Notes: generated by a model not told the origin, from the sequence alone. Numbered from the stretch's first letter, positions 10,785 through 22,578 are shown. The stretch is 64,000 bases of DNA from Longimicrobiales bacterium (GCA_965248195.1 CBDFIQ010000001.1:768001-832000), one strand, 5' to 3'. Translations and numbers: made by a program.

Positions 10785-12215
10785 TTATCCTACCGTCGAC
10801 GCCACCCGTTCCGGTTCCGGGGTCCGCCCACTTTTATCCTTCACCTGCTGCGCCCGCCCCAGAGCCAGACAGAGCATGGCCCAGACGCCTGCCACGGGCA
10901 CGGTGGCGGCTGCAACCCATGCCAGCGTCAGCCCCATGGCAGCGAACATGCCGTCCACTCCCGCTCCAGCCACATCGCCTCCGCGATAAAGGAACACATC
11001 TATGATCGGCTTCGCCTTGTACTTCTCCGACGGTGAGACGACGCTGAACAATGTCTCACGGGCAGGCCTCGAAATGGCGTACCGAGTGGCGCGATGCAAC
11101 GCCTGGAAGACCGCCATGACACCGAAGACGGTCCAGACCGAGAGAATTGCGAAGCCCGCCATGGTCACGACGGGCAAGATGACCAGCGTCCATCCCACAC
11201 CGATGCGCTTGATCACCTGCGTGGTCACAAAAATCTGGACGAAGAGCGTGGCGGCCTGCGCGAAGGCGTCGAATTGGGCGAAGCCCGCTACTCGCTGGCT
11301 GAACGTGTCCGTGTTGTCGAGGATGATGTTGGCCTGCGTGAAGTAGATCATCGTATTCGAGATCGCCATCAGCACGATATAGGCACCGATGCCCAGCAGA
11401 TACGGCGAGCCCGCAATGGCCTTGGCACCATCCCAGAAGGTCCCGCCGATGTTCGCCGGGCCCGCGGAATCATCATGGCGTCCCTGATGGAACGGCTCCT
11501 CCCTCTCCCCCTGGTGACCTTGGACGGCCGCCCCGTCGGGGGTAAGCGGCGCATGCCCCGGGGAAAAGGCGAGGCGGTCCAGCGTGAGCATCACCGCGAT
11601 GGCCATCCCGAAAAAGGCGGCCCCTGTCAGCATGAGCCCCGCGGGGAGGTAGACCGACTCGGTCATCCCACTGATCACGTTCGTCGCCCAGCCGCCGACC
11701 AGCGCCCCGAGCGTGCCCCCGATGCCGATAAAGGCGAACATCCTCTTGCCCTGGCGCATGTCGAAGATGTCCACCATGAACGCCCAGAAAACGCTGGTCA
11801 CGAACAGGTTGATTGCGCTCAGCCAGACGAAGAAGATGTAGCCCACATACCGCGCCACGGGCGTCTCGGTATCCGTGCCGATGAGTCCCCCCCCGGCGGC
11901 CCCGTCAGCGATGAGCATCCCTGAAAAGACGATCAGGCACGCGATCACGAAGAGGTATGCAAGCGGAATGAACTTGCGGCGGTTGGTTCTCGCGACGACC
12001 CCACCGAAGGCGAGGACGAGCACGAGTGATACCAGCGACGTCCCCACGAAGAGCCAGCGGAGCTCGTCCATCCCCCTTGCGACCCCCATCGCCTCTCGTA
12101 CCGGACGGAGGAAGAAGTAGCCGCACAGTACGCAGAAGAAGTAGGCAACCGACAGGAGCGCGAGGGGCAGCTCCGCCTTCTTGATGTTCAGGATTCGTGA
12201 TAAGGTATCGGTCAC
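10785..12215 (-). CDS. MFS transporter of the NTP/NDP exchange (TLC-like) type
   Basis: YFFLRPVRE, FWAFMVDIF, RPARETLF..V...EKYKAKP.ID..LYRGGD. Confidence 0.85.
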   Translation of the reverse strand: MTDTLSRILNIKKAELPLALLSVAYFFCVLCGYFFLRPVREAMGVARGMDELRWLFVGTSLVSLVLVLAFGGVVARTNRRKFIPLAYLFVIACLIVFSGMLIADGAAGGGLIGTDTETPVARYVGYIFFVWLSAINLFVTSVFWAFMVDIFDMRQGKRMFAFIGIGGTLGALVGGWATNVISGMTESVYLPAGLMLTGAAFFGMAIAVMLTLDRLAFSPGHAPLTPDGAAVQGHQGEREEPFHQGRHDDSAGPANIGGTFWDGAKAIAGSPYLLGIGAYIVLMAISNTMIYFTQANIILDNTDTFSQRVAGFAQFDAFAQAATLFVQIFVTTQVIKRIGVGWTLVILPVVTMAGFAILSVWTVFGVMAVFQALHRATRYAISRPARETLFSVVSPSEKYKAKPIIDVFLYRGGDVAGAGVDGMFAAMGLTLAWVAAATVPVAGVWAMLCLALGRAQQVKDKSGRTPEPERVASTVG

Positions 12216-12374
12216 CTGCTCGCGTCCTTGCCCCGGGGGAACCAAACCTTCAGCCGGGCCCATCCGGCCGAGGGGTAAGGCAACCTAAGGTTGCAAGGCG
12301 CTCGACGCACCGCCTGAATGCACCTGGGGGCGCTGCCGGCCCGTCAGGAGCAGGAGCCCGTCAGGCCAAGCCCG

Positions 12375-13715
12375 TCAGGCCAGGATGGCCGCAGGCTCCT
12401 CGAGCATTTCCTTCAAGGTCGCAAGGAACGCGGCGCCGAGCGCGCCGTCGATCACACGGTGATCGCAACTCATCGTGATTTTCATGCGGTTGCGAACAAC
12501 TACCTGACCCGCCTCCACCACCGGAACCTCCTCCACCCCACCGACGGCCAGAATGCCTGATTCGGGCGGATTGATCACCGCGGTGAACTCGTGGATTCCG
12601 AACATTCCCAGGTTGGATATCGAGAACGTGGCTCCGGTATACTCGTCCGGCTTGAGCCTCTTCTCCCTGGCCCTGCCAGCCAACTCCCGTACCTCGGCGC
12701 CGATGTGGGCCACGCCCTTCAGGTCGGCGTCGCGGATGACGGGAGTTATGAGGCCGTCCTCGACCGCGACGGCCACGCCGATATGCACGCGGTTGAAGCG
12801 CCGGATCGAGTCGCCGAGCCAATGTGCGTTACACGCCGGATGGCGTTTGAGCGCTGCTGCCGTCGCTCGAATGATCAGGTCGTTGAGAGAGATCTTTCGG
12901 CCCTCCCGCTCGAGCATGGCGTTGATCGTGGCGCGAGCCTCCATCGCCCGCCCCATATCCACCTCGATCGTGAGAAAAAAGTGGGGCACAGGGCCGATCG
13001 ATTCCGCCAGTCGCCGTGCGATGGTCTTCCGCATCTGCGAGAGCGGAAGGTCATCGAATTCGTCGCCGGACGGGACGAACACCGGTGCGACCGGCATCGG
13101 AGCGGGAGTCCCGCCAGCCTCCATCGGTGCAATCGTCGGACCGGCCGCGATGGCCGCCTCAACGTCCCGCTTCACGATGCGCCCCGCGGGTCCCGATCCA
13201 GTCACGCTCGCCAACTCGACGCCTGACTCGGCGGCCAGGCGGCGTGCCACCGGGGAGGACTTGATCCGGCTATCGATCGCGCCATCGGAACCCTCGGCCA
13301 CGGCGGCCCGACCGGTGGCTGATGAAGCCTGCCCGGCGACCACGTCGCGCCCGGCAGCCGCCTCGACCTCGGCAGCCACCTCGACCTCCGCAGGCGCCTC
13401 TTCGCTTTCACCCCGGCTCGCCCCGTTCCCCCCTGAAGCGGCGACCGCTGCGGCTTGGATCTCCGCGATGTCCTCGTCGGCGGCGCCGATCAGGGCGATC
13501 ACCTCGCCCACCGGGGCCGTGCCGCCTTCAGCTACCAGGATAGCGCGGAGGACGCCGTCTCCCCGGGCGGTCAGCTCCATCGTCGCCTTGTCGGTTTCGA
13601 TCTCGGCGATGATGTCCCCGTGGGTGACGCCGTCCCCTTCGGCCTTGAGCCACTTTACCACCTGCCCCTCCTCCATCGTCGGGGAGAGGGCCTCCATGTG
13701 AACCTTAGTCGCCAT
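12375..13715 (-). CDS. pdhC: Pyruvate dehydrogenase E2 dihydrolipoamide acetyltransferase
   Basis: Lipoyl motif EIETDKATME, E3-binding domain, DHRVIDG. Confidence 0.96.
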   Translation of the reverse strand: MATKVHMEALSPTMEEGQVVKWLKAEGDGVTHGDIIAEIETDKATMELTARGDGVLRAILVAEGGTAPVGEVIALIGAADEDIAEIQAAAVAASGGNGASRGESEEAPAEVEVAAEVEAAAGRDVVAGQASSATGRAAVAEGSDGAIDSRIKSSPVARRLAAESGVELASVTGSGPAGRIVKRDVEAAIAAGPTIAPMEAGGTPAPMPVAPVFVPSGDEFDDLPLSQMRKTIARRLAESIGPVPHFFLTIEVDMGRAMEARATINAMLEREGRKISLNDLIIRATAAALKRHPACNAHWLGDSIRRFNRVHIGVAVAVEDGLITPVIRDADLKGVAHIGAEVRELAGRAREKRLKPDEYTGATFSISNLGMFGIHEFTAVINPPESGILAVGGVEEVPVVEAGQVVVRNRMKITMSCDHRVIDGALGAAFLATLKEMLEEPAAILA

Positions 13716-13744
13716 ACTTTGGCCAGTTCGCTGCGATGGGCACG

Positions 13745-14725
<981 letters not shown>

Positions 14726-14730
14726 ATCCC

Positions 14731-15795
14731 CTACTTCCCACGCCCGTCGAAGAAAAGACGCCCGTGGGGATTGATCTCGGAGTAAACATGCCGGTAAAGG
14801 GTAGCCACCTCGGGCTCGGGGGCAGCCTCGGCGAAGTCGACCGCTGCGTCCACGATGGCCCTCACTTCCTTATCGATCGCCTCGAGTTCTTCGCCGGTGA
14901 GGAGCTCCGTCGAGAACATCCGATCCCGGAGAATGCAGATCGGATCCGCGTTCTCGGTCCGGTCGTCGACTTCCTCCTTCGACCGGTACGTCCCGGAGAC
15001 CGGATCGGACATCGAATGGCCCTTGAACCGGTAACATTCTACGTCGACGAACCGGGGGCCGCCGCCATTCCGAACAGTCTCGATCAGGCCGTCGAAGTGG
15101 GCATAGGTGGCCATGACGTCCTCCCCGTCGACGACCGTGGCGGGCACACCGTGCGAAGCGGCCTTCTGCACCATCTCCGTCTCCGACATCCGGCTGAACT
15201 TCGTGCCCATGCCGTACGCGTTGTTCTCGACGACATAGATCACTGGGAGATCCCAGATGGCTGCCATATTCATGGACTCATGGAACGCGCCCTGGTTGAC
15301 AGCGGCATCGCCGAGGAAACATACACAGACCTGATCGCCGCCCCGATAATGGATCGCCCAGGCCATACCCAAGGCCAGTGGGGCTTGGGCCCCTACGATG
15401 CCGTTCCCCCCCATGAAGCCCACATCCGCACCGAACATGTGCATCGAGCCACCCGACCCACCCGAGGTTCCACTGGCCTTTCCGTAAAGCTCGGACATGA
15501 CCGCCTCGGGGGAGAGACCCTTCGCTAGCGCCTGCGTGTGCGACCGGTACGACGAGATGACGTAATCGTCCTGTCGGAGAGGCAGGATGCACCCGGCGGC
15601 GGCACCCTCCTGGCCGATGTGGAGGTGACAGAATCCTCCGATTTTGCCAATCGCGTATGCTTCTTCGGCCTTCTCCTCGAATCTCCGGTAGAGAAGCATC
15701 TGCGTGAGGAGCTCGAGGAGCTGCTCTTTGGAGAACCCGCCGAGCGCGGGACCTCCATTCACAACACTGACTGCTGCGGTCTCAGTATCGGCCAT
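14731..15795 (-). CDS. pdhA: Pyruvate dehydrogenase E1 alpha subunit
   Basis: IGGFCHLHIGQE, GDAAVNQG..HE, YRFKGHSMSD. Confidence 0.96.
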   Translation of the reverse strand: MADTETAAVSVVNGGPALGGFSKEQLLELLTQMLLYRRFEEKAEEAYAIGKIGGFCHLHIGQEGAAAGCILPLRQDDYVISSYRSHTQALAKGLSPEAVMSELYGKASGTSGGSGGSMHMFGADVGFMGGNGIVGAQAPLALGMAWAIHYRGGDQVCVCFLGDAAVNQGAFHESMNMAAIWDLPVIYVVENNAYGMGTKFSRMSETEMVQKAASHGVPATVVDGEDVMATYAHFDGLIETVRNGGGPRFVDVECYRFKGHSMSDPVSGTYRSKEEVDDRTENADPICILRDRMFSTELLTGEELEAIDKEVRAIVDAAVDFAEAAPEPEVATLYRHVYSEINPHGRLFFDGRGK

Positions 15796-16928
15796 CAAAT
15801 GCGTCCCTCTTCCCAACCGACGATCGCACCCGAATCCAACCGATCCGGACGCGCAATTTTCAACTGAACGAGGTTCAAATCCGGCACGACTTCCGCTGGC
15901 GCCGACACGTCAGCCTCCAGAACCCGCTGAATGCTACCGGGCGCCCCGGCCTCGACTTCCCTGGCCTGTTCCTTGGCGTGATAGCTGGAACGCACGAGGG
16001 GACCCGACTCTACGTGCTTGAATCCGAAGTGCTCCTCACCGACCCGTTTCCACTCGGCGAACTCGCCGGGGCTCACCCAGCGTGCGACTGGAATATGTTG
16101 CATCGACGGCCTCAGATATTGGCCCAAGGTGAGAATGTCGACGGCCGCCTCCCGAAGATCACCCATCGCCTGACGGATCTCCCCAGCCTCCTCCCCCATC
16201 CCGAGGATGAGGCCCGTTTTCGTGAGAAGCGAAGCGTCGATCCTCTTGGCCGCTCCCAGGAAGGAGATGGAGCGCCAATAACGGCCGCCCGGACGCACAT
16301 CGGGATGAACCCTCTCGACCGTCTCCAGATTGTGTCCCAGAATCGCCGGTTTGGCTTCCATGACGACCCGGAGCGCGGCTTCGTCCCCCTTGAAGTCCGG
16401 AATGAGTACCTCGACCGAGCAACCGGGGACGGCATCGTGGATGCGCCTGATCGTCTCCGCATAAATGCTGGCGCCGCCGTCAGAGAGCTCATCCCGATTG
16501 ACGCTCGTGATCACCACGTGTTCGAGCGCCATGGCACGCACCGTGTCGGCAACGCGGATGGGCTCCTCGAGGTCCAGCTCAGTCGGCAGCCCATGGGCTA
16601 CCGCGCAGTACTTACAGGCGCGGGTACAGACGTCTCCGAGGATCATAAAAGTGGCCGTGCCGGCCTCCCAACACTCTCCGATATTGGGACAGCCCGCCTC
16701 CTCACAGACCGTGTGCAGCGCCTGGCTTCTCATGAGGCTCTTGAGCCGAAGATACTCCGTTCCCCCAGGCGACCGGACCTTCAGCCACTCCGGTTTTCGG
16801 GCGCGCGTGGGCACCGTGTCCAACCCCTCGTGGGCCCGAATGCTCGAGCTCCCTTTGGGCTTGACCAAACCGGTGTCCTTACCGCCCGGAGCATAGCCCC
16901 CGGACGATTCCATGAGCGTCTTCTGCAC
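15795..16928 (-). CDS. lipA: Lipoyl synthase
   Basis: CEEAGCPNIGEC, CTRACKYC, RSSY. Confidence 0.97.
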   Translation of the reverse strand: MQKTLMESSGGYAPGGKDTGLVKPKGSSSIRAHEGLDTVPTRARKPEWLKVRSPGGTEYLRLKSLMRSQALHTVCEEAGCPNIGECWEAGTATFMILGDVCTRACKYCAVAHGLPTELDLEEPIRVADTVRAMALEHVVITSVNRDELSDGGASIYAETIRRIHDAVPGCSVEVLIPDFKGDEAALRVVMEAKPAILGHNLETVERVHPDVRPGGRYWRSISFLGAAKRIDASLLTKTGLILGMGEEAGEIRQAMGDLREAAVDILTLGQYLRPSMQHIPVARWVSPGEFAEWKRVGEEHFGFKHVESGPLVRSSYHAKEQAREVEAGAPGSIQRVLEADVSAPAEVVPDLNLVQLKIARPDRLDSGAIVGWEEGRI

Positions 16929-17103
16929 CTGCTACCTGTCTTTGGGATGATCGGAAGAGGCCCGCCTGGGTCTCTCTGGCGGAGCCCTAAAGAAAGCGCT
17001 GTTCGGGGACCGTCACAAGCCCATTGGTCGTAGATCGGGGCCTCGCGGGGCCGGAGACGACCGGGTCATTTCGGTACACCGTCCGGCTGCCGGAGAATCT
17101 TTC

Positions 17104-17862
17104 CTAGCGCCTGGATTTGGGCTGACAAGACACGACGTGAGCGACCACCTCTTCCGGCGAGTCGGTCACGTACATCAGGTCGAGATCCTCCTTTGAGATC
17201 TTTCCCTCTCGAAGCAGCGTGCCTTCGATCCAATCCATCATGCCCGCCCAATAGTCCGTATCGAACAGAATCACCGGAAAATTCCTGACTTTTCTAGTCT
17301 GAATCAGCGTGAGCGCCTCGAAAAGCTCGTCGAGTGTGCCGAATCCGCCGGGAAAGATGACGAAGGCCTGCGCATACTTCACGAACATCGTCTTTCGTAC
17401 GAAGAAGTACCGGAAGTCGATGCCGATATCGATGAACGTGTTCAACTCCTGCTCAAATGGTAATTCGATGTTGCACCCCACCGACGGCGTTCCCACCTCC
17501 TGGGCGCCACGATTTGCTGCCTCCATGATCCCGGGGCCGCCCCCGGTGATGATCCCGTATCCGGCCTCCCCCAGGCGACGGACCGTCTCGACGCAGCGGT
17601 CGTACACGGGGTCGGCCCTGGTCAGGCGCGCCGAGCCGAAGACCGAGACGCACGGGCCGAGTGTGCTGAGCTCGTCGAATCCCTCGACGAACTCGCCCAT
17701 GATTCGAAACACGCGCCAAGACTCCTTGCCGCCACGGAAGAGCCCCCTCTGCTGCAACTCGTCGACGGTGGATTGAAGAAATCGCTCGTCCTCCGTCTCC
17801 TTCGAAATCGGGGGAGGCGGGATGACTTGCCGGGGTCCGTTCCCTTCGTTGTCTTCGCTCAG
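17104..17862 (-). CDS. LOG family (TIGR00730) Rossmann-fold protein; start uncertain (CTG 17862 or TTG 17757)
   Basis: ITGGGPGIMEAAN, FFVRKTMFVK, PGGFGTLDE. Confidence 0.9.
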   Translation of the reverse strand: MSEDNEGNGPRQVIPPPPISKETEDERFLQSTVDELQQRGLFRGGKESWRVFRIMGEFVEGFDELSTLGPCVSVFGSARLTRADPVYDRCVETVRRLGEAGYGIITGGGPGIMEAANRGAQEVGTPSVGCNIELPFEQELNTFIDIGIDFRYFFVRKTMFVKYAQAFVIFPGGFGTLDELFEALTLIQTRKVRNFPVILFDTDYWAGMMDWIEGTLLREGKISKEDLDLMYVTDSPEEVVAHVVSCQPKSRR

Positions 17863-17912
17863 GATTCAGTTACCTCGTTGTCGTGGCGACGGAGCCCGAT
17901 CGTTCATGTCGT

Positions 17913-18668
17913 TCAGTCGTTCCGGCCCAGCGCCTCGGCCGTGACCTGCATTTCCGGAAACATCGGACTGTGGTCCCGGTACTCGAGGAGATCCTTGCCC
18001 GTCTCGGTCTCATATGCATCCAACCAGCGCCCGTAGAACGCACGAGCACTGGCGCTGTCCCCGAGCGCGATCGATGCGTCCCCGGCCATGGCCAAACCGA
18101 GGAGGTGGTTCGGCTGCCCCGAGAGAATCTCCTCCGCGCCCGCCAAGGCCTCGACGTTGAATTGGCCGGTCAGACGAAGCAGCACCAAGTGGAACTTGCC
18201 GTCGGTGTCAAGCGGTTCGGCGAGTTCGAGGGCACGGATGGCCATCGGCAGAAAGCTGACCACCTCCGTGGAGTCATCCGCTGCCACGGCGGTCATCACA
18301 CGATTGAAAAGGCGATCGGCAGCCTCACGGGGCGTCATCGAGGACAGGTCGACCCCTGCAGCTCCTGCCACGGGGCCGGCGGCAACGGGCGGGGGAGCAG
18401 CAGCCCGCCCGGGGCCATACACTGGGTACGCAATCACCAAGATCAGCCCCAGTAAAAGGGTCCCGGCCATCCACCACGCCACCTGATTTCCCGAGCTGCC
18501 GGCCCGGGTCGGGGAGCCACCCATCGGCTCTCCGCATTGATTACAAAATCGGGCTCCAGCAGGTGGTTGATGTCCGCAGCCCTGACACTGCGGCGTGCCC
18601 AATGCGGCACCACAGTTCGAGCAGAATCGTCCGCCCTCGGAGGTTGTGCCGCAACTGGGGCACTTCAT
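17913..18668 (-). CDS. Double zinc-ribbon membrane protein
   Basis: Four CxxCG motifs, one transmembrane helix, helical C-terminal domain. Confidence 0.8.
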   Translation of the reverse strand: MKCPSCGTTSEGGRFCSNCGAALGTPQCQGCGHQPPAGARFCNQCGEPMGGSPTRAGSSGNQVAWWMAGTLLLGLILVIAYPVYGPGRAAAPPPVAAGPVAGAAGVDLSSMTPREAADRLFNRVMTAVAADDSTEVVSFLPMAIRALELAEPLDTDGKFHLVLLRLTGQFNVEALAGAEEILSGQPNHLLGLAMAGDASIALGDSASARAFYGRWLDAYETETGKDLLEYRDHSPMFPEMQVTAEALGRND

Positions 18669-21016
18669 CCACCATCCTCCCTATCCAGCCGGGGCGGTCC
18701 ATCGGGACGAGGGGCCAGAGCATTGAACAACATCGGCCACGTGGCCACGGTCTGCGCACGGTAGTTCGGCTGGAACCCCATCAACACCACCGAGCCCTCA
18801 CCGACCGACGCCTCAAGGACCGCAGGCTTCCCAGCCACATGCTCGGGGCCGAGGAGCCAGCCGGAACGCAAGGGGTTCCCGTCACTGAATCGAGCCGTCA
18901 CCCGCACCGAGGCATCGGAAACATCGAACGCCCTGCTACTTCTCGAGAACCATGCTCCGACCCACTCGGGGAGCCGCTCATTGAGCGCGTGGCCGGGCTC
19001 CGGACGAATCTCGAGGATCGAGCCCGGTATGTAGAAGTCCGTCGGCGCGAGTCGCTCCACCGCGTTCGACACACCGAGGTCGAAGAGGTCCACTATGTAA
19101 TCGGTCGCATCCTCGATCGCCACGATGCGCCCTCCCTCGCGCACGAAGCGGTCCAGCGCCCGCTCACCCTCGCCGCCCAAGCCCCCCACATAAGCCTCGG
19201 GGACCACTCCGCTCCGAAAACCCGTAGTGATGGAGCTCGGGCTCTGGGCCTGGAAGAGGATTACGTCGTAATCCCGGCGGAGATCTCCCGCCCGAATTCG
19301 TGCGTCCTTGAGCGTGTCGTACGGGAGCTCGTATTGGTCGAAGACCCAGCGGGTCCAGCCGGCCTCCATGGGCTCTCGCCAGGACTTATAAAGAGCGATC
19401 CGCGGTGCCGCCTCACCCTGAAGGGCCTCGGGCAACTGGAAAACAAAGTCCGGGGTCTCGATCGGCACGGACTCGATCACATCGGCCACGCCCGGGTCCA
19501 GATCCTCCACCTCGATCGCCGCAACGTTCATGAGCAGTGGCAACGTGTGGGCCGTGACATCGTACGGTCGGCGGGGCGGGCCGCCGGGGTACTCACGCAG
19601 ATCCGGATACCGTTGCAGCTCGAGGAGCGTCTGGGCGAAGGACGCATAGGGTTGGTTCATCGGAACCACGTACGTGCCGGCCGGCAGCGACTCACCGTCG
19701 GCCTCGAAGGGCTTCGAGGCGCGAAACACCTCTACGTCACCCATTCGCAAAATCCGCAGCACGTAGGCCAAGCCTGTCCTGTTGTCCTGGTCGGCGGGAA
19801 TGACCCACGCGGTGGGCCAGGCGTCCCACCCGTTCACCGCGCGCTCGTTGATCCGGTAGAAGTTCTCCAGCCAGTATCTTCGGTTCTTGGCCGCGTTACT
19901 GAGCAGCGCCATCGCCCCGGCGTCCATGTAGTCCACGATGTCCGGGAGACCCCACACCCCGCCCATCCACGGATTCGGGTAGTTCGCGGAAGCGGTGGCG
20001 GCGTCGTACCCTCTTCCGCCCCCGATGCTCGAAGGGGAGATGGTCACGGAGGTCGCAATGTCCGCTGAGGCCGTCTCGGAGAGAATGCGGGCACCGCCGT
20101 GATAGTGCTGGTATGCACGGGCCGGGGTGAAGCCATCGTAGATGGCGTCCGTAACGATGCCGGACTTTCCCTGAGCCCCGAGCTCGGCGGCCATCGCCGT
20201 ACCCAACATGTTCACAGCGGAAATGAGCGCCGGATCCACATTGGGCTCGATCGGGTCGATATAGGGCGGAAAGAAAATGCGAGCCCCCGCACCACCCATT
20301 TGGTGGATGTCATGCACGATCTGCGGGTGCCAAGCGTTATGGGCTCCGAGGACGGTGTGCTGCGTCTCCTTCTGGGTGAACGCGTACCAGTCCCGGTTGT
20401 TGTCGTGACCGACGTAGTAGTGGTAGAGCCACGGCAGGGACGAAGCCTCGTACTCCGTGCCGAGCCACTCGTTGTACCAGTCCGCCACCCACTCCGTCCC
20501 GTCCGGATTCAGCGAGGGAATGTCCAGCAGGATGACGTTGTCCAGAATTTCGCGGACCCGCTCCTCGTTCGAAGATGCCAACCGATACAACAATCGTGCG
20601 GCCGTCTGCGACCCACCCACCTCCGTCGAGTGGATCCCATGCGTGATGAGCACCACGGTGCGGCCCGCTGCGATCAGCTCTTGAAGCTCATCTTCGCCGG
20701 ACACCCGGCGAGGATCCGCGAGCCGCATCTGGATGTCGTGAAGCTCGGATAGACGGTTTTGGTTTTCCGCGCTCGTGACGGTCACCATCACGAATGGCTG
20801 GCCCATGGTCGTGAGGCCGAGGGTATCGACCTTCACACGCTCGCTCGCGTTTGCGAGCACCTCATAGTACGCCGTGAGCTCCGTCCAATTGGCCAGAGTC
20901 TGCTCGGAACCGATCTCGTAGCCGAAATGCGACTCGGGCGTCGGAACGTCCTGGGCCGAGAGGAGCCCAACAGCGGCGAGGGTGAGGCCCGGACCCGTTA
21001 GGACCTTATGCAACAT
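18665..21016 (-). CDS. M14-family zinc carboxypeptidase
   Basis: IHSTE, NPDG, DNNRDW, DIHQMG; signal peptide. Confidence 0.9.
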   Translation of the reverse strand: MLHKVLTGPGLTLAAVGLLSAQDVPTPESHFGYEIGSEQTLANWTELTAYYEVLANASERVKVDTLGLTTMGQPFVMVTVTSAENQNRLSELHDIQMRLADPRRVSGEDELQELIAAGRTVVLITHGIHSTEVGGSQTAARLLYRLASSNEERVREILDNVILLDIPSLNPDGTEWVADWYNEWLGTEYEASSLPWLYHYYVGHDNNRDWYAFTQKETQHTVLGAHNAWHPQIVHDIHQMGGAGARIFFPPYIDPIEPNVDPALISAVNMLGTAMAAELGAQGKSGIVTDAIYDGFTPARAYQHYHGGARILSETASADIATSVTISPSSIGGGRGYDAATASANYPNPWMGGVWGLPDIVDYMDAGAMALLSNAAKNRRYWLENFYRINERAVNGWDAWPTAWVIPADQDNRTGLAYVLRILRMGDVEVFRASKPFEADGESLPAGTYVVPMNQPYASFAQTLLELQRYPDLREYPGGPPRRPYDVTAHTLPLLMNVAAIEVEDLDPGVADVIESVPIETPDFVFQLPEALQGEAAPRIALYKSWREPMEAGWTRWVFDQYELPYDTLKDARIRAGDLRRDYDVILFQAQSPSSITTGFRSGVVPEAYVGGLGGEGERALDRFVREGGRIVAIEDATDYIVDLFDLGVSNAVERLAPTDFYIPGSILEIRPEPGHALNERLPEWVGAWFSRSSRAFDVSDASVRVTARFSDGNPLRSGWLLGPEHVAGKPAVLEASVGEGSVVLMGFQPNYRAQTVATWPMLFNALAPRPDGPPRLDREDGG

Positions 21017-21146
21017 GCGGTTGCCTCCAACCAGTGTCGAACGAAAGAGAATGTTGAAGATCGTACCCATGAGCCGTGCCTAAGACAAGCTCCCCGGGGT
21101 GCAGCCGAGGAGGCCGGGGAGGAGGCCGGGCCCGTCGCTCTACTTC

Positions 21147-21899
21147 CTAGAGGCCTGTGGGCATATCGATGAACTCCTGGTGGAGGTCGAAACGCTCCTC
21201 CAGGTGAGTCCCCAGCGCCCGTACCCCCCACGTCTCAGTAGCGTAATGTCCCGCGTATAGAGCGTTCACACGATACTCCATAGCGTCATGGTAGGTGTGG
21301 TGGGGCCCCTCCCCCGTGATCAGCGCATCCAGACCTTGCCGGGACGCCTCAGGGATGAGGTTCGCGGCGGCGCCCGTGACCAAGCCGATTCGATAGACGT
21401 GCTCCGGGCCGCCCGGGATGAGCCTCACCGGACCACCCACCACCTCACCGATGTGGTCCACCAGTGCGTCCCGCTCGTAATCGACCTCACACCACCACCC
21501 GATATCATGGTCCTGATGGCTCCCGAACCGCTCCTTCGGAGTCCACCCGAGCGCCCGGCACAGAACCGCACAGTTGCCCACCTCAGAATGTGCATCCAAG
21601 GGCAGGTGGGCCGAGTAGAGCGCAACCTCGCCTTCGATCAGGGCGCGGAGCTTTCGAAATCGAGGACCCACCAGCTTGGCCTGGCCCTCCCAAAAGAGCC
21701 CGTGATGGACGATCAGAATGTCCACGCCCCGGGAGACAGCCTCCCTGATCACTGCCTCACTGCCGTCCACGGCTACCGCCGCACGCCTCACCTCCGTGGG
21801 TCCCTCCACCTGAAGGCCGTTTTGGGCAGGCGAGTAGTCGGGGAACCCCTTGATCGCGAGATACTCGTCCAGATACTGGACCAGCGATTGGGTGTTCAC
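21147..21899 (-). CDS. Nif3-like dinuclear metal-center protein
   Basis: NGLQVEG, IVHHG, HLPLDAH, GHYATE. Confidence 0.93.
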   Translation of the reverse strand: MNTQSLVQYLDEYLAIKGFPDYSPAQNGLQVEGPTEVRRAAVAVDGSEAVIREAVSRGVDILIVHHGLFWEGQAKLVGPRFRKLRALIEGEVALYSAHLPLDAHSEVGNCAVLCRALGWTPKERFGSHQDHDIGWWCEVDYERDALVDHIGEVVGGPVRLIPGGPEHVYRIGLVTGAAANLIPEASRQGLDALITGEGPHHTYHDAMEYRVNALYAGHYATETWGVRALGTHLEERFDLHQEFIDMPTGL

Positions 21900-21917
21900 C
21901 CGGTCTTCCGACTGGGA

Positions 21918-22027
21918 TGTGGAAAAGTGCCCATGAAACGACCTTGAGCAGGGATGTCGTCGCAGTCAGACACGGTGTAACTCATTGGTATAACTTGGTT
22001 TAGGCAATTGTCCACGTCTGTGGATAA
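21918..22027. promoter_or_regulatory. Cluster of DnaA-box-like sites
   Basis: TGTGGAAAA 21918, TTGTCCACG 22008, perfect TGTGGATAA 22019, with an AT-richer stretch between them. Confidence 0.6.
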
Positions 22028-22051
22028 GTAGTCGGTCGGGGCCGTCCCATT

Positions 22052-22558
22052 TCAGTCCCGGGAATGTTCCGGCTGCACCGGTTGGAGCTCCTCTCCTTCG
22101 GGCTCCACCTCTTCCAACACCTCCGGTTTCGGCTCCGCCCTTTTTTTGCCGCCACGCCCCTCAGGCATCTGTGGTCGCTCGACCTGAGAATCGCTCCCCT
22201 CCACCGCCTTGCCGACTGTTACCTGGCCCTGGACCTTGGCGCCTTCCTCAACCTGCATCCGGGGGGCCTCGAGCTCGCCCGAGACCTCGCTGGTCGCTAG
22301 GAGCTCGAGGCGGGATACGGCATGAATTCCACCCGACACCCGACCGGAAATCACCGCATCCTGCGTGTAGATGCTCCCGTCCACCAGGCCGTCCCGGCCG
22401 ACTACCACAGATTTACCGGCCCGAACACTACCCCGGATCGTTCCTTCGATGCGTATCGAACCGTTTGTCTCTGAGTCACCCTTTATGGTCATGCCCGCCC
22501 CAATGATTGAAATCACTGCCTCAGGGGGCGTGTTGGAGGAGTAGGTGTTCTTGGCCAT
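22052..22558 (-). CDS. Bactofilin (polymer-forming cytoskeletal protein)
   Basis: SIIGAGMTIKGD...IRIEGTIRG beta-helix repeats. Confidence 0.92.
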   Translation of the reverse strand: MAKNTYSSNTPPEAVISIIGAGMTIKGDSETNGSIRIEGTIRGSVRAGKSVVVGRDGLVDGSIYTQDAVISGRVSGGIHAVSRLELLATSEVSGELEAPRMQVEEGAKVQGQVTVGKAVEGSDSQVERPQMPEGRGGKKRAEPKPEVLEEVEPEGEELQPVQPEHSRD

Positions 22559-22578
22559 ATCGTCCGAACCTTTGTGGT

